Of a stretch of 64,000 nucleotides of DNA, positions 7,984 to 16,409 are shown in pieces; position 1 is the stretch's first letter; each line of letters starts with the position of its first letter. The position numbers were made by a program, and so were the translations under genes. The stretch is from Candidatus Fervidifonticultor tertius (GTDB lineage: Bacteria; Sysuimicrobiota; Sysuimicrobiia; Sysuimicrobiales; Humicultoraceae), in NCBI GenBank assembly GCA_031459235.1, contig JAVKIY010000002.1, forward strand, positions 5,026 through 69,025. The letters are read 5' to 3'. The notes under the pieces are model-generated. The model was not told the DNA's origin, made no database searches, and saw only the letters and a program-made list of their open reading frames with translations.

Positions 7984-8032
7984 CCGCGTCTGCACGGTCG
8001 TCTCCTTTCGCGCGTCTGGCGACCCGCCGGCG

Positions 8033-9292
8033 ATGACGCCTGACGTCCTGGTGGTCGGCGCCGGTCCCGGCGGCGCGACAGCCGCGGCGGCGTGCGCGCG
8101 TCTGGGCCTGCGTACGCTCCTGCTGGAGGAGCACCCCGAGGTCGGGACCCCGACCCACTGCACCGGCAAGCTCTCGGTCCACGCCTTCGCGCGGTTCGGC
8201 CTCCCCGTCGCGCTCGCGCAGGCGTCGCTGCGCGCGGCCGCGCTCTACGCGCCTGACGGGACCCGGGCCCACGTGCGCCGCGCCGCGCTCGACTCCTACG
8301 TCGTGGACCGTCACCCCTTCGACCGGTTCCTGGCCGACCGCGCCGCCGCGGCCGGGGCCGAGGTGCTCACCGGCGCCCGCGCGCGGTCCGTGGCCCGCGA
8401 AGGCGGCCGACTCCGCGTCGAGGTCGACCGGCGCGGGGGGCGCCTCGTTGTCGTCACCCCCCTCGTCATCGACGCGGAAGGCGCCAGCCCGGTTCTCCCG
8501 GCCCAGCTGGGTGTGGCGCCGCGCCGGACGCTCGTGCACGGGCTGCAGTATGAGATGGACGGCGTGCGCCTCGAGGCCGACGACGCGCCCGAGCTCTACT
8601 TCGGCCGCGACGTGGCGCCCGGGTTCTTCGCGTGGATCATGCCAACCGGGCCCGGCCGCGGCCGGCTCGGCCTGGCCGTGGACCCGCGGCTGACCCGCCG
8701 GCCGCCGCTCTACTTCCTCGAGCGGCTCGCGGCCGGCCATCCGGTGGCCTCGCGTCGGGTCGCGGGCGCGCGCGTTGTGCGCAAGCTCGCGGGCCGCATC
8801 CCCATTCTGGGACTGCGGCGGCCTACCTGGACCGAGGGGATGCTGGTCGTGGGCGACGCGGCGGGCCAGGTGAAGGCCACGAGCGGCGGCGGCATCTACT
8901 TCGCCATGCTCGCGGGCGAGCTGTCCGCAGCCGCCGCGGCGCGCTACCTGGGCGGCGATCCGGGAGCGCTGCGCGCCTACGAGAGCGCCTGGCAGGCGGC
9001 GTTCGGCCGCGAGGTGCGCTTCACCACCATCGCCCGCCAGGCGCTCAACCGGCTCTCCGACCGGCACGTGAGCGCCATCATTCGCGCGCTCGCCACCGAC
9101 GCCGACGTGCGGCGCGCGGTCGAGGAGCACGGCGATACCCAGTATCAATCGCGCCTGCTGAGGCCGGTGCTGGCCGCGGCGCTACGCGCCGGGGCGCGCG
9201 ACCTAACGCTGGCGCCGACCGTGGCCGCGGCGCTGGGGGCCGCGATGCTGTCGCTGTGGGGCGACGGGGCGGCCCCCGCGGGCCGCGCCTGA
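8033..9292 (+). CDS. FAD-dependent oxidoreductase, geranylgeranyl reductase family
   Basis: Trimmed to ATG 8033. Rossmann motif DVLVVGAGPGGATAA...LLLEE. Length and overall pattern resemble the geranylgeranyl reductase family. Substrate unknown. Confidence 0.6.
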   Translation: MTPDVLVVGAGPGGATAAAACARLGLRTLLLEEHPEVGTPTHCTGKLSVHAFARFGLPVALAQASLRAAALYAPDGTRAHVRRAALDSYVVDRHPFDRFLADRAAAAGAEVLTGARARSVAREGGRLRVEVDRRGGRLVVVTPLVIDAEGASPVLPAQLGVAPRRTLVHGLQYEMDGVRLEADDAPELYFGRDVAPGFFAWIMPTGPGRGRLGLAVDPRLTRRPPLYFLERLAAGHPVASRRVAGARVVRKLAGRIPILGLRRPTWTEGMLVVGDAAGQVKATSGGGIYFAMLAGELSAAAAARYLGGDPGALRAYESAWQAAFGREVRFTTIARQALNRLSDRHVSAIIRALATDADVRRAVEEHGDTQYQSRLLRPVLAAALRAGARDLTLAPTVAAALGAAMLSLWGDGAAPAGRA

Positions 9293-9375
9293 GCCGGAGG
9301 ACCCGCGCCGGGCCAGGGAGAACCCAGGGGCGAGCCCGGGCACGCACGCCAGTCGAGGACCACGGACGCCGGCCG

Positions 9376-10626
9376 ATGCGCCTCATCGCGGACCTGCACC
9401 TGCACTCCCGGTACAGCCGGGCGACCAGCCGGGACATGGACGTCGAGCACATGGCCCGCTGGGCGAAGATCAAGGGTATCACCCTGCTCGGGACCGGCGA
9501 CTTCACCCATCCCGTCTGGCTCCGCGAGCTGCGCGCGAAGCTGACCCCGACTGACCGCGGCCTGTTCACCCACGATGGCGCGCACTTCATGCTCACCGTC
9601 GAGGTTTCGAACATCTACTCGGCGGGCGGCCGGCTGCGCAAGATCCACAACGTGGTGCTGGCGCCGTCGTTCGAGGTGGCCGACCGCATCAACGCGGTGC
9701 TCGGGCGGTTCGGCAACCTGCTCGCGGACGGCCGGCCGACGCTGTCGCTGCCCACCGACCGCATGGTGGAGTACCTGATGGAGATCTCGCCGGACTGCCT
9801 GGTCATCCCGGCGCACGTTTGGACGCCGTGGTTCTCGCTCTACGGGAGCATGTCCGGCTTCGACGCCATCGCCGAGTGCTTCGGCGACCAACTCGGGCAC
9901 ATCGCCGCGGTGGAGACCGGGCTATCCAGCGATCCGCCGATGAACTGGCGCCTCACCGAGCTCGACCGGGTGATGCTGGTGAGCAACTCGGACGCGCACT
10001 CGCCCGCCAAGCTCGGCCGCGAGGCGAACGTCTTCGCGTGCGCGCCGGACTACTTCGAGATCGTGCGCATCCTCCGCGAGAAGGACACGTCGCGCTTCCT
10101 CTATACCATCGAGTTCTTCCCCGAGGAGGGCAAGTACCACTACGACGGCCACCGCGCCTGCAACCGTCGGATGACGCCGAAGGAGACACGAGCGCACGGC
10201 AACCGCTGCCCGGTCTGCGGTCGGCCGCCGACCGTGGGCGTGCTGCACCGTGTCGAGGCGCTGGCGACCCGCGAGGAGGGTTACGTCCCCGAGGGCGCGG
10301 TGCCGTACCGCAACCTGATCCCGCTCGAGGAGATCATCGCGGAGGCCAACGGATCGAAGCCCGGCACCGTGGGCGTCCGCGAGGAGTACTTCAAGCTCTG
10401 CGGGGAGTTTGGGGGCGAGTTCAACGTGCTCCTGGACGTGCCGGTCGAGGAAGTCAGCCGCCACACCACGCCGCGCATCGCCGAGGGTCTCCGCCGTGTC
10501 CGCGAGGGCCGCGTGCGCATCGCGCCGGGCTACGACGGCGTCTTCGGCGAGATCAGCATCTTCAAGGACGGCGAAGAGGTCGTCCAGGCGCCCGAGCAGG
10601 AGCCGGCGCAGACCACGCTGTTCTGA
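9376..10626 (+). CDS. endoQ: endonuclease Q family protein (PHP domain plus zinc finger)
   Basis: Trimmed from ORF 8632..10626 to ATG 9376. PHP motif ADLHLHSRYSRATS. Conserved GKYHYDGHRACNRR...CPVCGRPPTVGVLHRV zinc-finger block, characteristic of EndoQ/TIGR00375-type proteins. Confidence 0.75.
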   Translation: MRLIADLHLHSRYSRATSRDMDVEHMARWAKIKGITLLGTGDFTHPVWLRELRAKLTPTDRGLFTHDGAHFMLTVEVSNIYSAGGRLRKIHNVVLAPSFEVADRINAVLGRFGNLLADGRPTLSLPTDRMVEYLMEISPDCLVIPAHVWTPWFSLYGSMSGFDAIAECFGDQLGHIAAVETGLSSDPPMNWRLTELDRVMLVSNSDAHSPAKLGREANVFACAPDYFEIVRILREKDTSRFLYTIEFFPEEGKYHYDGHRACNRRMTPKETRAHGNRCPVCGRPPTVGVLHRVEALATREEGYVPEGAVPYRNLIPLEEIIAEANGSKPGTVGVREEYFKLCGEFGGEFNVLLDVPVEEVSRHTTPRIAEGLRRVREGRVRIAPGYDGVFGEISIFKDGEEVVQAPEQEPAQTTLF

Positions 10627-10678
10627 CCCCTCCGATAGCAGGAGCACAGCACGCGCGCGGCGAACACGAGGAACTACT

Positions 10679-10711
10679 CTGTCGACAGAATACACCATAC
10701 ACGGTTGTATG
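10679..10711. promoter_or_regulatory. two adjacent palindromes upstream of the 19-gene array (candidate operator)
   Basis: CTGTCGACAG (10679-10688, perfect 10-bp palindrome), followed by CATACA-CGGT-TGTATG (10696-10711, perfect 6-4-6 inverted repeat). Both lie in the AT-richer 127-nt gap before ATG 10754. Confidence 0.4.
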
Positions 10712-10753
10712 TGTCGGGCATTGCTGAGCCAGGAGATCGCCGGTCGGAGGTGG

Positions 10754-11734
10754 ATGCTCATGAGGATGCTGCAGCACTGGCTCGCCGTGGTTGCTGCATG
10801 CGCGCTCGTGGCCGTCGGCGGCGCGATGCCGTCGGCGGCGCAGGCGCCGGTGCTCCTGCGGGCAGGAAAGATCACCGCGGACATGAGCGTTCTGCCCGTG
10901 GTGCTCGGCCAGGAGCGCGGCCAATACCAGCGGGCCGGACTGAACGTGCGGTTCGTCGACTTCGGCAGCGGCACGGACGCGATCCGCGCGCTCGTGTCCG
11001 GGGACATCGACATCTTCCTAACCACGATGTTCTCGACGCTGTCCCTGCTCAAGGCGCGGGGGCCCGTCGACGTCTGGGCAACCTTCCAGTTGAGCGACCA
11101 CCCGATCTTTCTCTTCGTGGTCAAGGCTGACTCGCGGGTCCGCGCGGTCGCCGACCTCCGCGGCCGCAAGGTGGGGATCACGCGGTTCGGGTCGGGGTCG
11201 GACTTCCTGGCACGCGCGATGCTGGTGAAGTACGGGCTGCGCGCCGACGAGGACGTGACGCTCGTCCAGACCGGGAGCATCCCTGCCGGCATCGCCGGCG
11301 TGGAGCGCGGCGAGCTCGACGCGGCGGTGGCCTGGCACCCGCTGGCCGCGGAGGGCACTGCGCGCGGGTCGCTGCGTGTGCTCGCGACGGCGCGGGACGA
11401 CGCGCCCGGGCTGGAGCCCACGACGCCGGCGTTCCGCGGCCCGTTCCTCGCGCAGAATGCGCCCGCCGCGCGGCGGTTCATCGAGGCCACCCTGGCCTCG
11501 CTGCGGCAGATCCGCGCGAACCCCGCGGCGGCCGCCCGCGAGGCCGCCGCGCTCCACCAGATCCCCGAGCCGATCGCCCGGACGACCATTGACTTCTACC
11601 TCGACATCTGGACGCGCGACGGGCAGTTCAACGAGAAGGGCCTCATCGACACCCAGCTCTGGCTTATCCGCATCCAGCAGATCGAGCGGATCGTGCCCCT
11701 CAACACGCTTCTCCGCAAGGATCTGCTGCCGTGA
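10754..11734 (+). CDS. ABC transporter substrate-binding protein, NitT/TauT (NMT1-like) family
   Basis: Trimmed to ATG 10754 (GGAGG 4 nt upstream). Signal peptide MLMRMLQHWLAVVAACALVAVGG. Periplasmic-binding-protein pattern resembles aliphatic sulfonate/nitrate/taurine-type SBPs. Confidence 0.7.
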   Translation: MLMRMLQHWLAVVAACALVAVGGAMPSAAQAPVLLRAGKITADMSVLPVVLGQERGQYQRAGLNVRFVDFGSGTDAIRALVSGDIDIFLTTMFSTLSLLKARGPVDVWATFQLSDHPIFLFVVKADSRVRAVADLRGRKVGITRFGSGSDFLARAMLVKYGLRADEDVTLVQTGSIPAGIAGVERGELDAAVAWHPLAAEGTARGSLRVLATARDDAPGLEPTTPAFRGPFLAQNAPAARRFIEATLASLRQIRANPAAAAREAAALHQIPEPIARTTIDFYLDIWTRDGQFNEKGLIDTQLWLIRIQQIERIVPLNTLLRKDLLP

Positions 11735-11750
11735 CCCGCGCGCCGCGGCC

Positions 11751-12530
11751 GTGAGCCTGATCGTCGTCGAGGGGCTCACCAAAGTGTTCCCGGGGCCGAC
11801 CGATGTCGTCGCCCTCGACGGTGTCTCGCTCACCGTGGAGGAGGGCGAGTTCGTCAGCCTGATCGGTCCCAGCGGCTGCGGCAAGAGCACCCTGCTGCAC
11901 ATCCTCGACGGCCTCGAGGCGGCCACAGCGGGGCGGGCCCTGGTCGCGGGCCGCCCGGTGGACGGGCCCGGGCCGGACCGCGGCATGGTGTTTCAGGAGT
12001 ACGCGCTGCTGCCCTGGCGCACAGTCCAGGCGAACGTGGAGCTCGGGCTCGAGTTGCGCCACCTGCCGGCCGCCGAGCGGCGCCGCGTCGCGGGGGACCG
12101 CCTGGCGCTGGTGGGCCTGCAGGGGTTCGAAGGGCGCTACCCCCACGAGCTCTCGGGCGGCATGCGCCAGCGCGTGAGCATCGCCCGGGCGCTCGCGCTT
12201 CAACCGCAGATTCTGTTGATGGACGAACCGTTCGCGAACCTGGACGCGCAGACGCGGTTGCTGCTGGAAGAGGAGCTACTCGCTATCTGGCAGCGGACCG
12301 GGCAGACCGTGCTCTTCGTCACACACGACCTGGCGGAGGCGATCGCGATGGCCGACCGCGTCGTGATCTTCACCGCGCGGCCGGGGCGTATCAAGGACGT
12401 CGTGCGCGTGCCGCTCCCGCGGCCGCGGGACGTGGTGCGCGTGCGCACGACGCCGGAGTTCGCGCGCGTCTACGACCACGTGTGGACCCAGCTGCGGGAC
12501 GAAGTGTTGAAGTCTCGCGAGGTGGCGTAG
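11751..12530 (+). CDS. ABC transporter ATP-binding protein, NitT/TauT family
   Basis: Trimmed to GTG 11751. Walker A GPSGCGKST, signature LSGGMRQRV, Walker B LLMDEP. Confidence 0.85.
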   Translation: MSLIVVEGLTKVFPGPTDVVALDGVSLTVEEGEFVSLIGPSGCGKSTLLHILDGLEAATAGRALVAGRPVDGPGPDRGMVFQEYALLPWRTVQANVELGLELRHLPAAERRRVAGDRLALVGLQGFEGRYPHELSGGMRQRVSIARALALQPQILLMDEPFANLDAQTRLLLEEELLAIWQRTGQTVLFVTHDLAEAIAMADRVVIFTARPGRIKDVVRVPLPRPRDVVRVRTTPEFARVYDHVWTQLRDEVLKSREVA

Positions 12531-12533
12531 CCA

Positions 12534-13334
12534 GTGACGATCGCCGCTACCGTGCGCCCGGGCCGCCCAGGCCTCTGGCGGCGGGACGGCGCGCTGTACC
12601 TGTGGCGGGGGGGCCTGCTCGTCGCGATCCTGGCGCTGTGGGAGCTGGCCGGGCGCTACTGGGTGAACCCGGTCTTCCTGAGCCCGCCCTCGGTGGTTGC
12701 CGGGCGTCTGGTCGCCATGCGCGCCGACCTCCTGCGCCACACCGTCATCACCCTTCAGGAGGTGCTCTCCGGGTTCGCGATCGCCGCGGCCTGGGGCATC
12801 CTGGCCGGCTACGTGCTCGGGGCCAACCGGACCGTGGAGCGCGTGGTCGAGCCGTTCCTGGCGGCGTTCTACGCTGTGCCGATCATCGCCATCGCACCGC
12901 TGCTCATTCTGGTGTTCGGCCTGGGAACGCGGTCGAAGGTGGCGACCGCGGCGATCTACGCCGGCCTGCCGATCGTCGTGAACGTGGTCACCGGCATCAA
13001 GAACGTGGACAGCGTCCTCGTCAAGGCGGTCCGGTCGCTCGGCGCGGGCCGGGCGCAGATCTTTCTCAAGGTGACTCTGCCGGCGTCGCTGCCGTACCTG
13101 CTCGCCGGCCTGCGGTTGGGGTTCACGCTTGCGCTGATCGCTGTGATCGTTTCGCAGATGCTGGCGGCCTACGCCGGGCTGGGGTGGCTGGTCGCGTACG
13201 CGGCCGGCACGTTCCGCACGCCGGACCTGTACGTGGGGCTGGTGGCGCTGGGCGTCCTCGGGATGATCGCCAACGAGGGCCTGCGGCGCCTGGAGTACCG
13301 TCTGATGCGCTGGCACTACGAGCGAGGACGATGA
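12534..13334 (+). CDS. ABC transporter permease, NitT/TauT family
   Basis: 266-aa polytopic protein with the BPD-transporter EAA-like region (VKAVRSLGAGRAQIFLKVTLPASLP). Confidence 0.85.
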   Translation: MTIAATVRPGRPGLWRRDGALYLWRGGLLVAILALWELAGRYWVNPVFLSPPSVVAGRLVAMRADLLRHTVITLQEVLSGFAIAAAWGILAGYVLGANRTVERVVEPFLAAFYAVPIIAIAPLLILVFGLGTRSKVATAAIYAGLPIVVNVVTGIKNVDSVLVKAVRSLGAGRAQIFLKVTLPASLPYLLAGLRLGFTLALIAVIVSQMLAAYAGLGWLVAYAAGTFRTPDLYVGLVALGVLGMIANEGLRRLEYRLMRWHYERGR

Positions 13335-14536
13335 GCGATCGGTCGCTGGATGACGGCATCCCCCACGCGGAGATCGCGCGGCGGCTGGAGCGGGTGCGGG
13401 CCGCGGCTGCGGAGCGCGGGCTGCGCGGGCTGCTGGCGGTCGCGCGGCCGTTCTTCGAGCGGCCTGCGAACGTGGCCTACCTCTCGAACCACTTCCCGCC
13501 CTTTCCCACGGGGATGTACTGGGGGGAGATGCGGGGGATCGGACACGCCGCCCTCGTGGTCCCGCTCGCGGCCGACCCGATCCTGATTGTCGACACGACG
13601 TTCCGCCGCGACCTGGTGGCGATCCAGGACGTCCGCCACGCCCGCTCGAAGTCGGGCCCGGCCATGTCGTTCCTGCCGAACTTCGCCGAGGCGATCGCCG
13701 ACGCGCTGGCGGAGCGGGACCTCGGGGCCGGTCGCGTCGGCCTGATCGGGGACGATGTGATGCCTGTCCGGATGCACCGCGACATCATGGCGCGGCTGCC
13801 GGGGCTCGTCCTCGAGCCGTTCGACGAGGTCATGGGGCGGCTGCGGATGGTCAAGAGCGAGGCGGAGCTGCGGCTCCAGCGTCGGGCCGCCCGCATCTGC
13901 GACGAGGGCTACGCTGGCATGCTGCCCGCGATCCGCGCGGGTGCACGAGAGACCGAGGTCTGCGCCGCGGGATACGCGGCGACGATGGGGGCCGGGGCCG
14001 ACTTCGTCCGCTACGTGCGGACCTACTCGGGGCCGCATTCGGCGATGGGCGTGCGGTGGCCGCAGGCCACCGACCGGCGCCTGGCCGACGGCGAGCTGCT
14101 GGTGACCGACGTTGTCGGCGCGTACTGGGGCCAGCAGTTTGACGTGAACCGCACGTTCGTGGTGGGCCGCCGGCCCTCGGACCGCCAGCGCCGGCAGCTT
14201 GACGCCGCGCTGGAGGCCACGCGCGCGGCCATCGCCGCCGCGCGGCCGGGCGCCCCGGCCGAGGCACTCGTCGCGGCCGCCAACCGGGTCATCGAGGCCC
14301 GCGGGTTCGGGGCGCACGCGCGGCCATTCATCGGACATGGAATCGGCTACGAGACGATGGAGCCGCCGCTGCTGTTCACCGGCGATACGACGCCGCTCGA
14401 GCCTGGGATGGTGCTGTGCGTCGAGCCCGGCATCGAGATCCCGGGCGAGGAAGGCGTGCGGATCGAAGAGGAGATCATCGTCACCGACGGCGAGCCCGAG
14501 GTGATCACGAGGTTCGAGCCGCGCCAGTGGGCGTGA
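13331..14536 (+). CDS. M24 family metallopeptidase (Xaa-Pro peptidase/creatinase fold)
   Basis: Trimmed to ATG 13331 (ATGA overlap with the permease stop). Creatinase-like N-domain plus pita-bread domain. Candidate metal ligands are retained (TDVVG, FDVNRT, GHGIG, VEPG, IEEE). Confidence 0.8.
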   Translation: MSDRSLDDGIPHAEIARRLERVRAAAAERGLRGLLAVARPFFERPANVAYLSNHFPPFPTGMYWGEMRGIGHAALVVPLAADPILIVDTTFRRDLVAIQDVRHARSKSGPAMSFLPNFAEAIADALAERDLGAGRVGLIGDDVMPVRMHRDIMARLPGLVLEPFDEVMGRLRMVKSEAELRLQRRAARICDEGYAGMLPAIRAGARETEVCAAGYAATMGAGADFVRYVRTYSGPHSAMGVRWPQATDRRLADGELLVTDVVGAYWGQQFDVNRTFVVGRRPSDRQRRQLDAALEATRAAIAAARPGAPAEALVAAANRVIEARGFGAHARPFIGHGIGYETMEPPLLFTGDTTPLEPGMVLCVEPGIEIPGEEGVRIEEEIIVTDGEPEVITRFEPRQWA

Positions 14537-15717
14537 TGACCGGGACGCTTCACCAGCGGGTGGGCGCGGCGGTCGACGCCGCAGCGGAGAGTCTCATCGC
14601 GCTCAGCCGCGCGATCCACGCCGCGCCGGAGCCCGCCTGGCAGGAGCACGCCACCGTCCGGCGGCTGGTGGAGTTCCTGCGCGCGCTCCCAGGTGTGGCG
14701 GTCGAGGAGCGGACCGCCGACCTGCCGACGGCCTTCCGGGCCTGGGCCGGCGCCGCGGAAGCCCCGGCCGTCGGGGTCGTCTGCGAGTACGACGCGTTGC
14801 CCGGGCTCGGGCATGCCTGCGGCCACAATCTCATCGCCGCCGCGGCGGCGGGCGCGCTAGTCGGCGTCACCGCGGTCGCCGACCGTCTGCCGGGCCGGGT
14901 GGTGGTGATCGGCTCGCCGGCGGAAGAGGGCGGCGGCGGCAAGATCGTGATGGCCGAGCGCGGAGCCTACGACGGACTGGCCGCGGTGCTCCAGGTGCAC
15001 CCGGCGGACCGCTCCCGGCTCAGCGGCCCGACGATCGGCCTGGCGGTGCGGGTGGTGGAGTTCCGCGGCCGCGCCGCGCACGCCGGTAGCGCGCCCGAGC
15101 GCGGGATCAACGCGCTCGACGCGGTCGTGCAGCTCTTCACCGCGCTCAACGCGATGCGCCAGCAGGTCCCCGACGGCTGCCGGCTGTACGGCATCATCAC
15201 CCGGGGCGGCGAGACGCTCCACACGGTGCCCGACCACACCGCGGCGCAGGTTGGCGTGCGCGCGCCTTCTATGCCGTTGCTGGAGGCGCTGGCGGCCCGG
15301 GTCGAGGACTGCGCGCGCGCCGCGGCGCTCGCGACGGGATGCACCGTGACGGTCGAGCGGCCGCCGCACTCGCAGTACCCGCCGATGCGGCTCAACCGCC
15401 CGCTGGGCCGCCTGCTGGCCGACGCGATGCGTAGCCTGGGTGAGGAGGTCGAGGACTTCCCGCCGGGCCATGAAGGCTACGCGAACGACGCCGCGGTCGT
15501 CAGCCGCCTGGCCCCCGCGGCCCTGCTCAACTTCGGCATCGGCCCGCGCGGGCTGGCCGAGCACTCCGCCGCCTTCGCCGAGGCCGCCGCCTCCGAGGCG
15601 GGCCACCGCGGCATGCTCCGGGCCGCGAAGGCGATGGCGATCGCCGCCATTGAGCTGATCACCGATCCCGCCCTGCGCCGGCGCGTGGGGGACGACTTCG
15701 AGCGAGGCGACACATGA
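14536..15717 (+). CDS. M20 family amidohydrolase/peptidase
   Basis: Trimmed to ATG 14536 (1-nt overlap with the M24 stop). Motif CEYDALPGLGHACGHNLIAAA and GSPAEEGGGGK, typical of M20 amidohydrolases. Confidence 0.8.
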   Translation: MTGTLHQRVGAAVDAAAESLIALSRAIHAAPEPAWQEHATVRRLVEFLRALPGVAVEERTADLPTAFRAWAGAAEAPAVGVVCEYDALPGLGHACGHNLIAAAAAGALVGVTAVADRLPGRVVVIGSPAEEGGGGKIVMAERGAYDGLAAVLQVHPADRSRLSGPTIGLAVRVVEFRGRAAHAGSAPERGINALDAVVQLFTALNAMRQQVPDGCRLYGIITRGGETLHTVPDHTAAQVGVRAPSMPLLEALAARVEDCARAAALATGCTVTVERPPHSQYPPMRLNRPLGRLLADAMRSLGEEVEDFPPGHEGYANDAAVVSRLAPAALLNFGIGPRGLAEHSAAFAEAAASEAGHRGMLRAAKAMAIAAIELITDPALRRRVGDDFERGDT

Positions 15718-16409
15718 AACCCTTCGACAACGTGACGCTCAGCCAGCGGGTGCGCGATCACCTGCGCGACCAGATCCTCGCCAACGCCCTGGCACCCGGC
15801 ACGCCGCTGCACGAGGAGGAGATTGCTGCCCAGCTCGGCATCAGCCGGGCGCCGGTGCGCGAGGCGCTGCGCCTGCTCGCCGCCGAGGACCTGGTGACGA
15901 TCGCCCCTCGCCGCGGCGCGATCGTCAAGGCGCTCTCCCCGCAGGAGTTCCTGGACGCCTATCAGGTGCGCGAGGCACTGGAGGTGCTGGCGATCCGGCT
16001 GGCGATCCCACGCCTGGCCGACGCCGACCTCCAGGGGCTGCGCGATCTGCACGGCGAGATGATGCTGGCCGCCGCGCGCGCCGACGTCGAAGGGTTCTTC
16101 GAGGCGAACACCGCGTTCCACACGGCCCTCGTGGAGGCCTCGGGCAACGCGCGGCTTGCCGAGCTGTACCGTCTGCTGATGAACCAGCTCCGGCGCTACC
16201 GCATGCGGTCGATGTCGCTGCGCGGGGGCTTGGAGCGCTCGATCGCCGAGCACGCCGCGATCCTCGAGGCGGTGACGCGGCGTGACAGCGAGACCGCGAG
16301 CCGCCTGCTGGGCGAGCACATCCGGATGCCGCAGCGGATCCTGGAGGCGGCGCCGGACGGGGAACTGCAGACGCCGGGCGGTCGGCCGGCGACCTCGGGA
16401 GGGCGATGA
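15714..16409 (+). CDS. GntR family transcriptional regulator (FadR-like FCD C-domain)
   Basis: N-terminal wHTH (EEEIAAQLGISRAPVREALRLLAAEDLV) plus a helical FCD-like domain. ATGA overlaps at both ends. Confidence 0.85.
   Translation: MKPFDNVTLSQRVRDHLRDQILANALAPGTPLHEEEIAAQLGISRAPVREALRLLAAEDLVTIAPRRGAIVKALSPQEFLDAYQVREALEVLAIRLAIPRLADADLQGLRDLHGEMMLAAARADVEGFFEANTAFHTALVEASGNARLAELYRLLMNQLRRYRMRSMSLRGGLERSIAEHAAILEAVTRRDSETASRLLGEHIRMPQRILEAAPDGELQTPGGRPATSGGR

Noticed and set aside
7957-7995. GTG 7995 (behind GAAAGGAG) as the DUF192 start.
   Set aside because: It would add a 13-aa charged extension before an otherwise canonical signal peptide that begins at ATG 7956, and it would make the AT-rich palindromic region coding. 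The case is not decisive, so it is listed as an alternative in the feature and in a finding.
13331-14536. Creatinase assignment for the M24 protein, linking it to hyuAB as a creatinine pathway.
   Set aside because: All five pita-bread metal-ligand positions appear to be retained, whereas creatinase is metal-independent. The hyuAB genes are 33 kb away on the other strand under a different regulator.
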